Notes under the pieces: generated by a model
Told to the model about the DNA's origin: nothing
Seen by the model: only the letters and a program-made list of their open reading frames with translations
Databases searched by the model: none
From: an uncultured delta proteobacterium
GTDB lineage: Bacteria > Myxococcota > Myxococcia > Myxococcales > Anaeromyxobacteraceae
NCBI GenBank assembly: GCA_963766715.1
Contig: CAVYBH010000009.1
Span: forward strand, 1-64,000
Length of the DNA: 64,000 bases
Direction: 5' to 3'
Shown: positions 21,261 through 33,321 of the stretch, piece by piece
Numbering within the stretch: position 1 is the first letter of the stretch
How the letters are laid out: every line of letters starts with the position of its first letter
Translations under genes and position numbers: made by a program

Positions 21261-23520
21261 GTGACCGATAGTCGAACGCGCCGCGCGGCCGGCTGGGCGG
21301 CCGGGGCCGGCGTGCTGGCCGCCCTGGGCTTCCGCCTGGCCGGGCTGCCGCTCCTCGAGGCGCCCGGGTGGGAGCTGGGGATGGTGGCGGCCTTCCTGGC
21401 CGTCGTCGCCGCCCTGCCGCTCGGCCTCTCGGCGGTGCGCCGCGAGTTCCGGAAGGCGCGTCCGTCGCCGGTCCGCGCCTTCGCGTGGACCTCGGGCCGG
21501 GTGGTCCTCCTGCAGGCGGCGCTGGTGGCCGGCGCCGCGGCCCGCACGGCCTTCCTCACCCCCTGTAGCCCGACCTTCGGCCTCGCCTTCGTCCCCGCGG
21601 TCGCCCTCCCCTCCACCCTGGTCGCGGCGGCGCTCGCGACGCTGGCCGGCTTCCTGACGGGCGGCCGGCGGCTGCGCGGCTCGCTCCTCTACCTCGCCTT
21701 CGGGGTGGCCTCGCTCGGGCTGACGCTCCTCGAGGGCTGGATTGGGCCGTCGGCCTACCTGCTCGATCACCTGCTGGGCATCTGGCCGGGGCCGATCTAC
21801 GACGAGGCGCTCCGGCTGGACCGCCGGCTCCTGCTCTTCCGGATCGGATCGCTCGCCTGGACGGTGGCGCTCCTCGCCGCCGCGCGAATCGCGGCCGGCC
21901 GGCGCCGATCGCCGTCCCCGGACCGGTCTCGCGGCCCCGCGCTGCTCCTGGCCGGATCCCTCCTGGCCGTGCTGGCGATCCGGGTCCTGGGCGCCTGGAC
22001 CGGCGACCTGGCCACCCGCGGCTCGCTCGACCGGATCCTGGGCGGGCGGCTCGCCGGCGCCCGGTGCGACCTCCACTTCCCGCGCGAGAAGCCGCCGGCC
22101 GACGCCGCGCGGCTCCTGCGGGCCTGCGAGGCCGACGTGGCCGAGGTCTCGGCCGCGCTGGGGATCGCCAATCCACCCCGGGTGACGATTCTGGCTGCAC
22201 CGCTCCGAGGAGGAGAAGCGGCGGCTGGTGGGCGCCGGGCGCACCGAGTTCACCAAGCCCTGGCTGGCCGAGATCCAGGTGCTCGACGCACCGGCCGGCC
22301 CGCCTGCGCTGCGCCACGAGATTGTCCACGCCGTGACGGGCCCGGTGGCCGGCGGCCCGCTCGGCGTCCCGGCGCGCGCCTGGGTCCTCGTGGACGCGGG
22401 GCTGCTCGAGGGGCTGGCCGTCGCGCTGGAGGTGCCGCGGGGCGAGTGGACCGCGCACGAGTGGGCGCGCGCCATGAAGGACCTGGGGCTCCTGCCGCCG
22501 GCGTCGCGCCTGGTCGAGCCCGCCGGCTTCTTCTCGGCCCCCGCCGCCCGGGCCTACGGCGCGTCGGGGAGCTTCCTCTCGTTCCTCCTCCAGACGCGCG
22601 GCGCCGCGCCGGTGGTCCGCGCCTACTCGGGCGTTCCCTTCGCGGAGGCCTTCGGGAGGCCCATCGCCGAGCTCGAGCGGGACTGGCACGCCTTCCTCGA
22701 CGGCGTGCCCGCCCCGCCGGAGCTGGCCGTCGCCGCCGAGGCCCGCTTCCGCCCGGCAGGGCTCCTGGGGCGGCGCTGCGCACGGGAGACGGCCGGGCTC
22801 GAGGCCCGGGCCCAGGCGGAGGGGCACCGCGGCCATCCTCGCGAGGCGGCAGCCCTCTGGCGCCGGGCGGCCCGGATCTCCGGCAACCCGGCCGATCTGC
22901 GGGGCGCCGCCGACGCGCTGCGGACCACCGACCCCGCCGCCGCCGAGGCCGCCTACGCCGAGGCCCTCGCCGCAGTCGGAAACGGTCCGTCCTGGCTCCG
23001 CTCGGCGGTGCTCGAGGCGCAGGGGGACCTCCGCTGGCGGACCGGCGACCCCGCCGGCGCGGCGGCCCGCTTCCGCGAGGCCCTCGCGCTCCTTCCCGAC
23101 CGCCCCCGGGAGCGCCAGCTGACCGCCAAGATCGCCGCGTCCACCGACCCCGCGCTGGCCGCCGCCGCCCCGCTGTTCCTCGGCGAGGGCGATCCGAAGG
23201 AGGCCCTGCGCAAGCTCGCCGCCTCCCCGAACGCGCTCGGCCCCTACCTCGCCGGCCGGGGCGCCGCCGCCCGGGGCGATGCGCCTGCCGCCATCCCGCT
23301 CCTCGAGCGGGCGCTCGACGGCAACCTGCCCTCGACCGGCTTCCGCGTGGAGGCGCTCTCCTCGCTGGCGGTGGCGCGCTGCACCGCCGGAGACCTCCCC
23401 GGCGCCGAGGCGGCCTGGGCGGAGATCCTGCGCATCGCCGACCGGGAGGCGGATCGGGAGCGCGCCCGCCACGCCGCCGCCCGCCGCTGCGCCGTGGAAC
23501 GTCCGGCCCCGACGCGCTAG
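21261..23520 (+). CDS. membrane protein with gluzincin-like HExxH domain and TPR-like C-terminus (frameshift near 22190)
   Basis: About 6 N-terminal TM segments; LRHEIVH...LLEGLA in ORF 22228..23520; TPR-like helices. Confidence 0.65.
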
Positions 23521-23531
23521 CCTCCCTCTCC

Positions 23532-25121
23532 TTGAGCACCGGATCCACAGCCCGCGGGTCTCGCGCCGCCCTGGCGGCGCTCCTCGCGCTCTGCACCTTC
23601 GCCCTCTACGCCCGGGTGGCCGGCCACCAGTTCCTGCACTTCGACGACGACCGCTACCTGACGGCCAACCCGGTGGTGGCCGCCGGATGGACCGCGGCCG
23701 GCGTCCGCTGGGCGTTCACCACCTTCTCGGTGGCCAACTGGCACCCGCTGGCCTGGCTCTCGCACATGCTGGACGTGCAGCTCTTCGGCATGCGCCCCGG
23801 CCCGCACCACCTGGTGAACGCGGGGATCCACGCGGCGAACGGCGCGCTCCTCTTCCTCGTGCTCGCCCGCATGACCGGCGCGACGGCGCTCGCCTTCCTG
23901 GCCGCCGCCCTCTTCGCCTTCCACCCGGTCCACGTCGAGTCGGTGGCCTGGGTGTCCGAGCGGAAGGACGTCCTCTCCACCCTCTTCGGCCTGCTCCTGC
24001 TCGGGGCCTACGCCCGCTACGCCGCGCGCCCGTCCCTCGCGCGCTACCTCGGCGTCCTCCTGCTGCTCGCCGCGAGCCTGATGGCGAAGGCCATGTGGAT
24101 CACCGCGCCCTTCCTCCTCCTGCTCCTCGACTACTGGCCGCTCCAGCGGTTCGCCGCGAGCCCGGGCCCCGGCGACCCTCGCCCTCCCCCGGCTCCCCGC
24201 TTCCCGGCCGGGCGCCTCGTCCTCGAGAAGCTGCCCCTGCTCGTCCTCTGCGCCGCCGTGGGCGCGGTCGCCGTGGTGGCCCAGGACCGCGAGGGCGCGC
24301 TCGAGTCGCTCGCCCGGCTGCCGCTCGCCGACCGGGTCGGGAACGCCGCGCGGAGCTACCTGGCCTACCTGGGCCAGGCGTTCTGGCCGGCGTCGCTCTC
24401 GGCCTACTACCCCATGCCGCCGGCCGGCTCCGTGCTCCGGCCCTCGCCGCCGTCCTCGCGCTCGCCGGCGCGACCGCGGTGGCCTTCCTCGCGCGCCGGC
24501 GCCAGCCCTGGCTGCTCGTCGGCTGGCTCTGGTACCTGGGCATGCTCGTCCCGGTGATCGGCCTCGTGCAGGTGGGCTCCCAGGCCATGGCCGACCGCTA
24601 CACCTACGTGCCGCTGGTGGGGATCTCGGTGGCGCTCCTCTGGACGCTGGACGCGCTCGTCCGGCCGCGCGCCGCCCGGACCGGGCTGGCCGTGGCCGCC
24701 GGGCTCGCGATCGCCGGCCTGGCCGCCCTCACCTGGATCCAGATCGGCTACTGGCGCGACCAGGTCACCCTCTTCTCCCACGCCGTGGCGGTGACCGGGG
24801 AGAACGGCGCGCGCCGAGCACCTGCTGTCCCAGGGGTTCATCGCCGAGCAGCGCTGGCCGGAGGCCCTGGTCCACGCGCGCGAGGCCGCCCGGCTCGATC
24901 CGATGAACCCGCGGGCCCACAAGAACCTGGGCTTCGTCCTCTACCGGAACGGGCGCCTCGACGAGGCCATCGCGTCCCTGGAACGGGCCGTCGCGCTCGA
25001 CCCGGGCTACGCCGAGGCCCACGGCAACCTGGCCATCGCCTACGGCCGGGCCGGCCGGACCGACGACGCCGTCCGGGAGATGCGGCTCGAGATGCAGCTT
25101 CGCGCGGCCGCCCCCCGCTGA
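23532..25121 (+). CDS. TMTC-like GT-C membrane protein with C-terminal TPRs (frameshifted)
   Basis: FLHFDDDRY, NWHPLAWLSH, FAFHPVHVESVAWVSERKDVLS, EKLP, ADRYTYVP, WRDQVTLF, then TPRs; shifts near 24435 and 24810. Confidence 0.8.
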
Positions 25122-25124
25122 CCG

Positions 25125-25583
25125 CTACAGGCCGCCCCGCAGCTTGTCGATGGCGGCCTTCGGGTTCTTCACGCCGTTCTTGAGGAGCCACCAGGCCACC
25201 TTGGCCCCGCCCGACGCGAGCACGCCCAGGTAGCCGTGGGAGATGAGCCGGGGCGTGGAGGCGTGGATGTGCACGCGCACCTTCCGGTCCGGGTCGCTCG
25301 ACAGGACGAGCTTGAAGAACTCGATGCCGAACTCGCCCACGTCCTCGGTGGGCACCGAGGTGAGGTGGGCCACCGCGCCGTCCGGCAGGACGAGGGTGAA
25401 GTCCGGGTCGGGCTCGGCCCCCTCCTCCACCGTTCCCTGTCCCGTACTCATGGTGAACCGGGCCTGGCCGGCGGCCAGGTCGAGGGCGACGCGCGCGTCC
25501 CGGGCCAGCGATTTCGTGGCCTTGCGGGCCGCGGGGGACGTCTCGAAGAAGCGGGCCAGCGCCTCCCTGCTCGAGGTCGGCAT
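25125..25583 (-). CDS. hypothetical protein, SCP2 sterol-carrier-like fold possible
   Basis: 152 aa with GC3-biased codons; EGAEPDPDFTLVL resembles SCP2 segments. Confidence 0.55.
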   Translation of the reverse strand: MPTSSREALARFFETSPAARKATKSLARDARVALDLAAGQARFTMSTGQGTVEEGAEPDPDFTLVLPDGAVAHLTSVPTEDVGEFGIEFFKLVLSSDPDRKVRVHIHASTPRLISHGYLGVLASGGAKVAWWLLKNGVKNPKAAIDKLRGGL

Positions 25584-25657
25584 CCCCCCGAGTCTAGAGC
25601 AGGAGGCCGGCGCGTCCACCGATTGACTGCCCGGCGGCCCCGTGCTTTGACCTCTCC

Positions 25658-26127
25658 ATGCGATTTCGCTTCATCGCCGCGATCGCGGCCCTCTCGTCGT
25701 TGCCGCCTGCGCCAAGAACATCCCCAACACCGACATCCGGGACACGCAGGACAACCGGATGCTCATCGCCGCCGTCGACGCCTACCGGAAGGCCTTCGAC
25801 ACCCGGAACCTCGACGGCGTCATGGCGCTCGTCTCGCCCGCCTACTACGACGACGCCGGCACCATCGATGCGGGCGACGACATCGACTACAAGTCCCTGC
25901 CCGGCGTGCTCCAGGAGACCTTCCAGAAGATCGCCCAGGTCCGGCTCGAGTTCGGCATCACCGCCATCGAGATCGTCGGCGACAAGGCCATGGTCGACCT
26001 CTTCTACGACGCCAAGTACCGCATCACCACGCCGCGCGCCGAGATCCCCAAGCGCGACACCGACGTGCAGCGCCTCGTGTTCCAGCGCGACGGCCAGGGC
26101 GGCTGGAAGATCATCACGGGGCTCTGA
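25658..26127 (+). CDS. NTF2/SnoaL-like lipoprotein (frameshift near 25705)
   Basis: Signal MRFRFIAAIAAL..., then CAKNIPNTDI...YRKAFDTRNLDGVMALVSPAY...GWKIITGL. Confidence 0.7.
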
Positions 26128-26591
26128 GCGGGCGCCAGCGGGCCGAGACGACCCGCCACTCGCCCTTCTCCCGCTCGAGGACCGCCTCGATGCGCCAGGT
26201 GTCGCCCGCCTCCGGCAATCGCCCGGCGATCCCCTGCCCCGGCGCGCCGCGCAGGAGCGCCACGTCGACCCCCGCCTCGGCCCGGTCGCCTTCCACCTGC
26301 ACCCGCGTGGCGAGCGGGATCGACCGCGTTCCAGGAGCCGCGCAGGGCGTTGTAGGTGACGAACTGCTGGAGCTCCCGCCTCCCCATGCCCTCGCCCTGG
26401 AAGCGTTCGCTGACGCCCTCCATCACGTCGCCCGGCCGCTTCTGCTCCACCGCCTGGGCCGCCCGGTCGAGGAGCGCCCGGATGCGCGCCTCGTCGGACG
26501 GGCCGGGCCGGAGGAGCCTCCAGGCGAGCACCCCGCCGAGCACGGCCAGGATCACGACGGCGAAGATCGCGACGGGGCGGGAGATTTTCAT
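26114..26591 (-). CDS. NTF2-like membrane-anchored protein (frameshift near 26320)
   Basis: N-terminal TM; SDEARIRALLDRAAQAVE; C-terminal frame LEREKGEWRVVSARW. Confidence 0.65.
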
Positions 26592-26641
26592 GTCGTGGGT
26601 CCGGGCGGGCCCGGAATCGGCATTGGAGTAGACTCCGGACC

Positions 26642-27463
26642 GTGGCGCAAGACCGGGACAGGCCGACCCAGGCCGATCAGCACAACGAGCGAGGCATCGA
26701 GCTCGCCGACCGCGGCTGGCTCGAGGAGGCCGAGAAGGAGTTCCGCAAGGCCATCGCCCTCGATCCCGACTCGGCCCACCCCTACGAGAACCTGGCCATG
26801 CTCCACGCCCGCCAGAAGCGCTGGCGGGAGTCCCTGCGCGCCCACCTCCGGGCCGTGGAGGTGGAGCCCGACAGCTCCGGCGCCCGCTTCACGCTGGCCT
26901 CCTTCCTCGCCAACCACGGGCTCGAGATGGCCGAGGCCGAGTACCGGGAGGCCATCGCCAAGGACCCCGAGCACGCCGAGGCCCACCTGGAGCTGGGGCT
27001 GGCGCTCGCGGACATGGGCCGCGCCGAGGAGGGGCTGAAGGAGCTCGCCACCGCGGTCCGGCTCGCCCCGGAGGACCCGGTGGCCCTGCACGAGCTGGCG
27101 GGGCTCCTCATGGACGAGGGGGACTACCGGACCGCCATCGGCCACCTCCGCGAGGCGGCCCGGCTCGACCCCGGGACCTTCGAGATCCACCTCGACCTGG
27201 GGCTCTGCTACGCGCAGAAGGGCTTCTACGCCGAGGCCGAGCGGGCCTACGAGAAGGCGCTGGCGCTCAAGCCGGCCGACCCGCTCGTGAACTACGACCT
27301 CGCCTCCCTCTACGCCCAGTGGGGTCGAGCCGACGACGTGCTGCCGCCCCTGCGCCGGGCCCTCGAGGCCGACCGCGAGAAGGTGCGGACCTGGCTCGCC
27401 AGCGACCCGGTGTTCGAGGCCCTCCGCGGCAGCGACGGCTACGACGCGCTCGTCGCCGGTTGA
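26642..27463 (+). CDS. TPR repeat protein
   Basis: 273 aa with about 7 TPRs; C-terminal WLASDPVFEALRG cap. Confidence 0.85.
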   Translation: MAQDRDRPTQADQHNERGIELADRGWLEEAEKEFRKAIALDPDSAHPYENLAMLHARQKRWRESLRAHLRAVEVEPDSSGARFTLASFLANHGLEMAEAEYREAIAKDPEHAEAHLELGLALADMGRAEEGLKELATAVRLAPEDPVALHELAGLLMDEGDYRTAIGHLREAARLDPGTFEIHLDLGLCYAQKGFYAEAERAYEKALALKPADPLVNYDLASLYAQWGRADDVLPPLRRALEADREKVRTWLASDPVFEALRGSDGYDALVAG

Positions 27464-27598
27464 CGCGCCTCCCGGCCTTCGCCTTTCCTGCTAGGCCAAT
27501 CAGGCCACCCCGCATGAGCCGCGAAGGGGTGGACCCGACCGGGAGCGGCGGTGTGTACCGTCCGCCGATGGAGCATCCTGGCGAGTGGAGGCCCCATC

Positions 27599-28767
27599 GT
27601 GTCGCTCGCGACTGACCTCGTCGAGAAGGGCGCCGCCGCGTACGCCCGCGGGTTCCGCGACGAGGCCGAGCGCCTCTGGCGCGAGGCATTGGTCCTCGAT
27701 CCGGGTTCGGATCGCGCCCGCCGCTACCTGAAGCAACTCCGCGAGGTTCCCGCGAGCGGCTCCCGGGTCCCCGATCCCCAGCCTGCGGGCTCGCCCCGCG
27801 GCGCGTCGCCCCCTCGAGCTCGAGCCGCAGGGCCCCGCCCGATTCTCCGTCCCGCCCGAGCGCATGACGGCGTTCCACCGCTCGGTTCTCGCCCGGTGGT
27901 CGAAAGCGGATCCTCCTCGCCGCGACGGCTGCGGCCATCGTCGTCGCGATCGCCTGGGGACTGAGCGCGGCCCCCGCCGGAACGGGCGCGAGGTCGCTCG
28001 CCGCCGGGCGCCGTCTTGCATCGGCGGCTGCGGCGGCACTCTCCGCCTTGCCGGGACGTGCCGAGCGCCTCCTGGCGCAGTTCCGCGAGGCGCGGAGCCC
28101 GAAGCCTGTCGTCGCGAGCTCTCCGGTGAAGGTGCCCGCTCCCCCGCCTGAACCTCGAAACGGGGGAAACGCGGGAACCGGCGGGCGGCGGGCCGTGGCC
28201 ACCGTGCCGTCCGGCAGGCCAGCCGTGGGTGCCGCACCCGCGCGCGCCACGGTGCGCATGGCCGAGATGGGCACGCGCTGGGGAATGGCGCTGGAAGAAC
28301 TCTTGCGCGCAGTGCCCGCGGCGTCGCGGATCGCCCCCCCGCGGCGGTACGAGGGCCTCCTCGTCCAGGCAACCGTCGACCGTGTGGACCTCGCCGGGCA
28401 CGAATGCCGGGCCGATTTCCTCTTCGACCCCGAGGGCCGGCTTGCGGAGATCCAGTACCGGTCGGTGCCCATCTCCAACGGCGAAGGGGCCTACGACGGT
28501 CTCCGGGCCTCCCTTGCCGCGGAGCTCGGCGAGCCGGCGGCGGATTGGCGAGACCCCGCAGGACTCGGGAAGTGGACGGCCCGTGCGTCGTGGGTGACGA
28601 ACCGCGCCGTCGTGGATTTCGAGGTCCGGCGACTCGGAGCGAACGCGGCCCCCATGTTCCAGGTCGACATTCGCGGCGGCACCCTCCAGCCCCTCCACGA
28701 CAGCATCGTCGTTCTCACCTTGGTCTCGCCGAACGACCTCCGGCCCCTCGCGAACACGGGTCCCTGA
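27599..28767 (+). CDS. hypothetical bitopic protein: TPR-like N-terminus, Pro-rich linker, TM, exported domain (one frameshift)
   Basis: VSLATDLVEKG...EALVLDPGSDRARRYL; RKRILLAATAAAIVVAIAWGL is in frame with ORF 28048..28767. Confidence 0.5.
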
Positions 28768-28788
28768 CGCTCGCTGGCGAGCGCGCAC

Positions 28789-30927
28789 CTATCGCAGGAC
28801 GGTCGTCGCCGGCGCGGTGGTGGCGGCGGCGGAGAGCGCCGCGCCGGAACCCGCCGACGTGCCGGTCGCGGTCGCGGTGAAGGTCAGGCTGCCCGCCTTC
28901 GTGGGCGTGCACGTGAAGTTGAACGACACGCTCGATCCGGCCGCGATGGCCACCGAGGCCGGCGTCGCGGCGGTGCACTTCGCGGCGGCCTTTCCGGCCA
29001 CCGACGTGACCGACGGCGTGACGGTCACCCCGGTCGCCGACGCCCCCGCGGCGGGGGCGCCGTTCCGGACGTTCGCCGTGAACGGGATCACCTGGCCGAC
29101 CGTGACCTGCGACGGCGGCTGGGCTGCGAAGCTCACGTTCAGGGCGGCCGGCGCCAGGACGATCACGTCGGTCGACGCCGAGTTCGTGATGCGGGGAACG
29201 AGAGGCTGGCTGGCGTCCACCCATGTCGCCGACGCCACCAGGTTCACCGTCCGTGGGGTCGCGGGCGCGGCGCATCCGGACCAGGTGAGGCCCAGGGTCG
29301 CGCCGAGGAAGTCCACCGGCGTGATCGGGGACGTCGTGCAGGTCGCGCCGCCGAGCGACGCGCCCGTGACGCGGACGGTGCCGCCTCCGCTCCTTGCCAC
29401 CGTCAGGGTCGCCGTGAAGGTCTGGCCGGTGATCAGGGTTCGTGGCGTCGTCGCCAGGCCGGTCGCGGTCACCTCGGGCGGCGCCTGGACGGTCACCCGG
29501 GCCGTTGGCTGTGCCGCGAGGGATCCGCCGGACAAGGCGTCCGTTCCGCTGATCGGGACCAGGAAGTCGAGGTGTCCGGTGGGAGCGTTCGTGGCCAGGG
29601 CCGGGGCGAAGGTCCAGGTGGTGGCCAGGGTTTGACCGGCCGCCACGACCGTGGGTGGGACCGGGGAGGGACCGCCGGTCCGGGTCGCAGTCGCACCGTC
29701 GGGCGAGGTCGTGAGCGGGTCTCCGACGGCGAAGCCGCGCAGGTCTGCCAGGCCGGGGTTCGTCACCGTCAAGGTGACCGTGATCTCCTGGCTCACGTTC
29801 GCGGTCGGAGGCGTGGCCGACAGGGTCGCCTGGATGCCCGCGGCGCCGAGAACGAATTCCCCCGAGGTGGCCGCTCCGGACTGCACGGCGGCCCCCGAGT
29901 TCGAGTCGGTGCCCGTCGCCCCGGCGGAGACCCGGACGGCCCCGGGCGTCGGCCCGGCGACGAAGGTCCAGGTGAAGGTGGCGCTGGCGCCTGCCGCGAG
30001 GGAGGAGACCGACGCGGGAACTGGGCCCGTTCCGGCCTTCAGCGAGGCCAGCCCCGGCGGCGTCGTGGTGGGCGCCGTGGGAACCACGTCGTTCGCGATG
30101 GCTCCGCCCGGATTGGCGACCGTCATCACCACGGTGAACTCCTGGCCGATGGCAGCGGCCCCCGAGGCGGGAAGGCTCGCCGACAGCGCTGCCGGGCGCT
30201 CCACCGTGACCTCCGCGGGGCGGGTGGGATCGGTGGCGGCGCTCACGGCCGTTCCGGAGAGACTGTCGATGGCGGTCGCCGACCCCGCGATGGTCAGCGT
30301 CCCGGCACCGGTGGCCGGGCAGGTCCAGACGAAGGTCCCGGAGGCACCGGGCGCCAGGGTGGCGATCGAGGCCGGAGTCGGACCGGTGGAGGCGCCCACC
30401 GCTCCGGTGCCCGTCACCGTGAGCCCTCCGGGAACCGCGTTCGTGGCCTCCGTGGAGCCGCCGTTCGTGACCGTGAGCGTGATCGTGATCGATTGCCCTT
30501 CGCTGACCTTCGCGGGCGTGGCGGCGATTGCCACCGCGAGCGACGCCGAGGCAGGAGCCTCGACCGTGAAGGCGCCCGCCATCTCGCCGGAAGTGCCGAA
30601 CGGCCCCTCGACGCGAAGAGGCTGCGGCCCCGGGGAGAGGCCGGCCGGAACCGTGGCCGAGAGCGTCTGGTCGTCCACCCGCCGGACTTCCTGGAGCGGC
30701 ACGTTCCCCATCCACGCCCGGAACGTCTCGACCACCCTCGGTGCGCCTCCGGAGGACGGCTGGACGGCGAGAACGGAGAAGCCGGTCCCGTGGATGACGA
30801 TCGGGATGGCGCTGCTGGCGGCTCCGCGGTCCGGTGTCACCGACGTCGGCGTCGGGGTGGGCACTTCGGCCCCCCCGCATCCGGCAAGAGCGAGGACCGA
30901 GACGAGCGTGGCGCGTCTAGCCCACAT
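28789..30927 (-). CDS. surface lipoprotein with IPT/TIG domain and about 5 Ig-like repeats
   Basis: Lipobox [15 protein letters not shown]...IVIHGTGF; repeats of the type [14 protein letters not shown]...ATFTWT; Thr/Ala-rich. Confidence 0.8.
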   Translation of the reverse strand: MWARRATLVSVLALAGCGGAEVPTPTPTSVTPDRGAASSAIPIVIHGTGFSVLAVQPSSGGAPRVVETFRAWMGNVPLQEVRRVDDQTLSATVPAGLSPGPQPLRVEGPFGTSGEMAGAFTVEAPASASLAVAIAATPAKVSEGQSITITLTVTNGGSTEATNAVPGGLTVTGTGAVGASTGPTPASIATLAPGASGTFVWTCPATGAGTLTIAGSATAIDSLSGTAVSAATDPTRPAEVTVERPAALSASLPASGAAAIGQEFTVVMTVANPGGAIANDVVPTAPTTTPPGLASLKAGTGPVPASVSSLAAGASATFTWTFVAGPTPGAVRVSAGATGTDSNSGAAVQSGAATSGEFVLGAAGIQATLSATPPTANVSQEITVTLTVTNPGLADLRGFAVGDPLTTSPDGATATRTGGPSPVPPTVVAAGQTLATTWTFAPALATNAPTGHLDFLVPISGTDALSGGSLAAQPTARVTVQAPPEVTATGLATTPRTLITGQTFTATLTVARSGGGTVRVTGASLGGATCTTSPITPVDFLGATLGLTWSGCAAPATPRTVNLVASATWVDASQPLVPRITNSASTDVIVLAPAALNVSFAAQPPSQVTVGQVIPFTANVRNGAPAAGASATGVTVTPSVTSVAGKAAAKCTAATPASVAIAAGSSVSFNFTCTPTKAGSLTFTATATGTSAGSGAALSAAATTAPATTVLR

Positions 30928-31079
30928 CGAACACCTCAGGAGCCCCGCCGCGCGCCTGCTTCGACCGGCGCCGCGACGTTCCAGTGTCGGCAGACCCGAT
31001 CTCGAAGGGAAGCGGGCTGACGGGGTACCCCGATAGCCGGGGGGGCCGGCCCGCTTCTCGCATAGGCTCGGGTCCCAAC

Positions 31080-32741
31080 ATGCCCGAGCTCGCTTTCTTC
31101 CGTCATGGTGAGGAGTTGCTGCGCGTGGCCCTGGGCGACCAGACCACGATCGGCCGATCCGCGGACTGCGACGTCTCTCTCCCGGACCCATCGCTCTCCC
31201 GGGTGCAGGCCTCGGTCGAGCGTCGCGGCGGCGGCTTCACGCTGTTCGACCGCTCCGGGCGAGGCACCTGCCTCGCCGGGGCCGACGTCACCGAGGCGGT
31301 GCTCCAGGACGGCGCCGAGCTCTCCTTCGGGAGCTGGCGCGCCCTCTTCCGGGAGGCCGCCTCGGGCGACCCCGAGGCCACCTCGGCCGGGGGGCTCACC
31401 GGCGTCCGCCCCGTGGTGCCGGTCCACCCGCCGCAGGCCCGCCTCCGCGTCCGCGACCGGGGGCGCGAGCGCATCGTGCCGCTGCCCGACGAGGGGCTCA
31501 CCATCGGCTCCATGCCCGGCACGTCGCTGGTCCTCGACGACCCGTTCGTCTCCGCCCGCCACCTCCGGGTGGAGCGCCGGGACGGCCGCTGGCAGCTCGT
31601 CGACACCGGCTCCACGAACGGCACCCTGCTCGGCGGGGTCCGCGTCTGGCACGCCGAGATCCCGCCCGGACTCCCCATCACGGTCGGGGACAGCGAGCTG
31701 GTCCTCGAGGTGGGCACGGCGCGCGAGGGGCGGCTGCCCGGGAGCTACGAGGGCATGTTCTCGCTCGACCCGGGGATGCGCCGGGTCTTCGACCTCATCG
31801 ACCTGCTCGCCCCGGCCGACACCGCGGCCACCATCCTCGGCGAGACCGGCACCGGCAAGGAGCTCGTCGCCCGCGCGCTGCACGCCCGGTCCCGGCGCTG
31901 CGACGGCCCCTTCATCCCGGTGAACTGCGCCGCCATCCCCGAGTCGCTCATGGAGAGCGAGCTCTTCGGCCACGAGAAGGGGGCCTTCTCCGGCGCGGAG
32001 CGGCAGCGCAAGGGCGCCTTCGAGGAGGCCGACCAGGGAACGCTCTTCCTCGACGAGATCGGCGAGATGCCGCTCGACCTCCAGGCCAAGCTCCTCCGCG
32101 CGCTCGAGAACGGCGAGGTGAAGCGGGTCGGCTCGTCGCGTCCCATCCAGGTCTCGGTCCGCGTCGTGTCGGCCACGCACCGCGACCTGCCGGCCCAGGT
32201 CCGGGCGGGCAAGTTCCGCGAGGACCTCTTCTTCCGGCTCTGCGTCATCCCGGTGGCCGTGCCGCCGCTGCGCGCCCGCCAGGGGGACGTGCGGGCGCTG
32301 GCCCAGCGCTTCCTCGACGCGTCGGCGCCGCGCGGGCTGCAGCTTCGCTGGAGCGAGGAGGCCCTGCAGCGGCTCGAGGCCTACGACTGGCCGGGCAACG
32401 TGCGGCAGCTGCGCAACGTGGTGCAGCGCGCGCTGCTCTTCCGCGGGGAGGGAACGGTGCTGCCCGCGGCCGTGGTCACCTTCGAGGACCTGCGCCCGTC
32501 GAGCGGCCCCGGCGGCGACGACACCACGCTCTACCTCCCCGGGCTCACCATGGAGGACATCGAGCGGGAGGCCATCCGGCTCTCCCTGCGGCGCCACCGC
32601 GGCAAGCGCGCCGCCGTCGTGAAGGAGCTCCAGATCGCGAAGAGCACGGTCATGAAGCGGATCGGGCAGTGGAAGCTGCAGGACGAGGGGCGCGAGGGCG
32701 GGAGCCCGCCCGAGGACGAGTCGGACGACGAAAGCCCTTGA
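31080..32741 (+). CDS. FHA-domain sigma54-dependent transcriptional activator
   Basis: Two FHA domains (IGRS...SRVQA; VSARH...GSTNGT); [37 protein letters not shown]-terminal HTH. Confidence 0.92.
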   Translation: MPELAFFRHGEELLRVALGDQTTIGRSADCDVSLPDPSLSRVQASVERRGGGFTLFDRSGRGTCLAGADVTEAVLQDGAELSFGSWRALFREAASGDPEATSAGGLTGVRPVVPVHPPQARLRVRDRGRERIVPLPDEGLTIGSMPGTSLVLDDPFVSARHLRVERRDGRWQLVDTGSTNGTLLGGVRVWHAEIPPGLPITVGDSELVLEVGTAREGRLPGSYEGMFSLDPGMRRVFDLIDLLAPADTAATILGETGTGKELVARALHARSRRCDGPFIPVNCAAIPESLMESELFGHEKGAFSGAERQRKGAFEEADQGTLFLDEIGEMPLDLQAKLLRALENGEVKRVGSSRPIQVSVRVVSATHRDLPAQVRAGKFREDLFFRLCVIPVAVPPLRARQGDVRALAQRFLDASAPRGLQLRWSEEALQRLEAYDWPGNVRQLRNVVQRALLFRGEGTVLPAAVVTFEDLRPSSGPGGDDTTLYLPGLTMEDIEREAIRLSLRRHRGKRAAVVKELQIAKSTVMKRIGQWKLQDEGREGGSPPEDESDDESP

Positions 32742-32793
32742 CGCCTCCCAGAGCGCCGAGACCGCCCGCCGCAGCGAGAGGATCGGCGCTCGC

Positions 32794-33321
32794 CTAGTTC
32801 CAGAAGCTGGCGGGACGAACCGGCTGCACCAGCTCCATCTCCTCGAGCGGCTCGGGAGGGAGCTCGAGCGCCGCCGGGCGCCCGTGACCGAGCGCCCGGG
32901 CGATCGCCACCTCGAGCTGGCTCTTCGTGGCGAGCACCGGGCGCACCAGCTTGCCGCTCGCGAAGGCGACGTCGTCGAGGGCGGCCAGGTCGAGCGGGTC
33001 GCTCGTGGCCACCAGGAGCGGACCGCGCCGGCACTCGGAGAGCAGCTCCAGCGGGAGGACGCCGCGACCCTGGACGATGCGCGGCGGGACCAGCAGGAGC
33101 ACCTCGGCGGGCACGTCCCGGGCGGCCAGGTCGACGACCGGGATCTCGAACTGGCTCCCCAGGGCCCGGACGAGGTCGGTCTCCTTCACCAGTCCGAGGT
33201 GCAGGAGCGCGGACCCGAGGCGGCCCCCCCAGCGCTTCTGCCAGTCGAGGCCGGCCCGGAGCTGGCGCGCGTCGATGGCGCCGCCGTGGACCAGGATCTG
33301 CCCGATGGGAACCCGCTTCAT
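32794..33321 (-). CDS. stand-alone GspE-N/MshEN domain protein
   Basis: PIGQILVHGGAI...QL...RLGSALLHLGLV tandem MshEN motif; VATSDPLDLAALDDV. Confidence 0.8.
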   Translation of the reverse strand: MKRVPIGQILVHGGAIDARQLRAGLDWQKRWGGRLGSALLHLGLVKETDLVRALGSQFEIPVVDLAARDVPAEVLLLVPPRIVQGRGVLPLELLSECRRGPLLVATSDPLDLAALDDVAFASGKLVRPVLATKSQLEVAIARALGHGRPAALELPPEPLEEMELVQPVRPASFWN

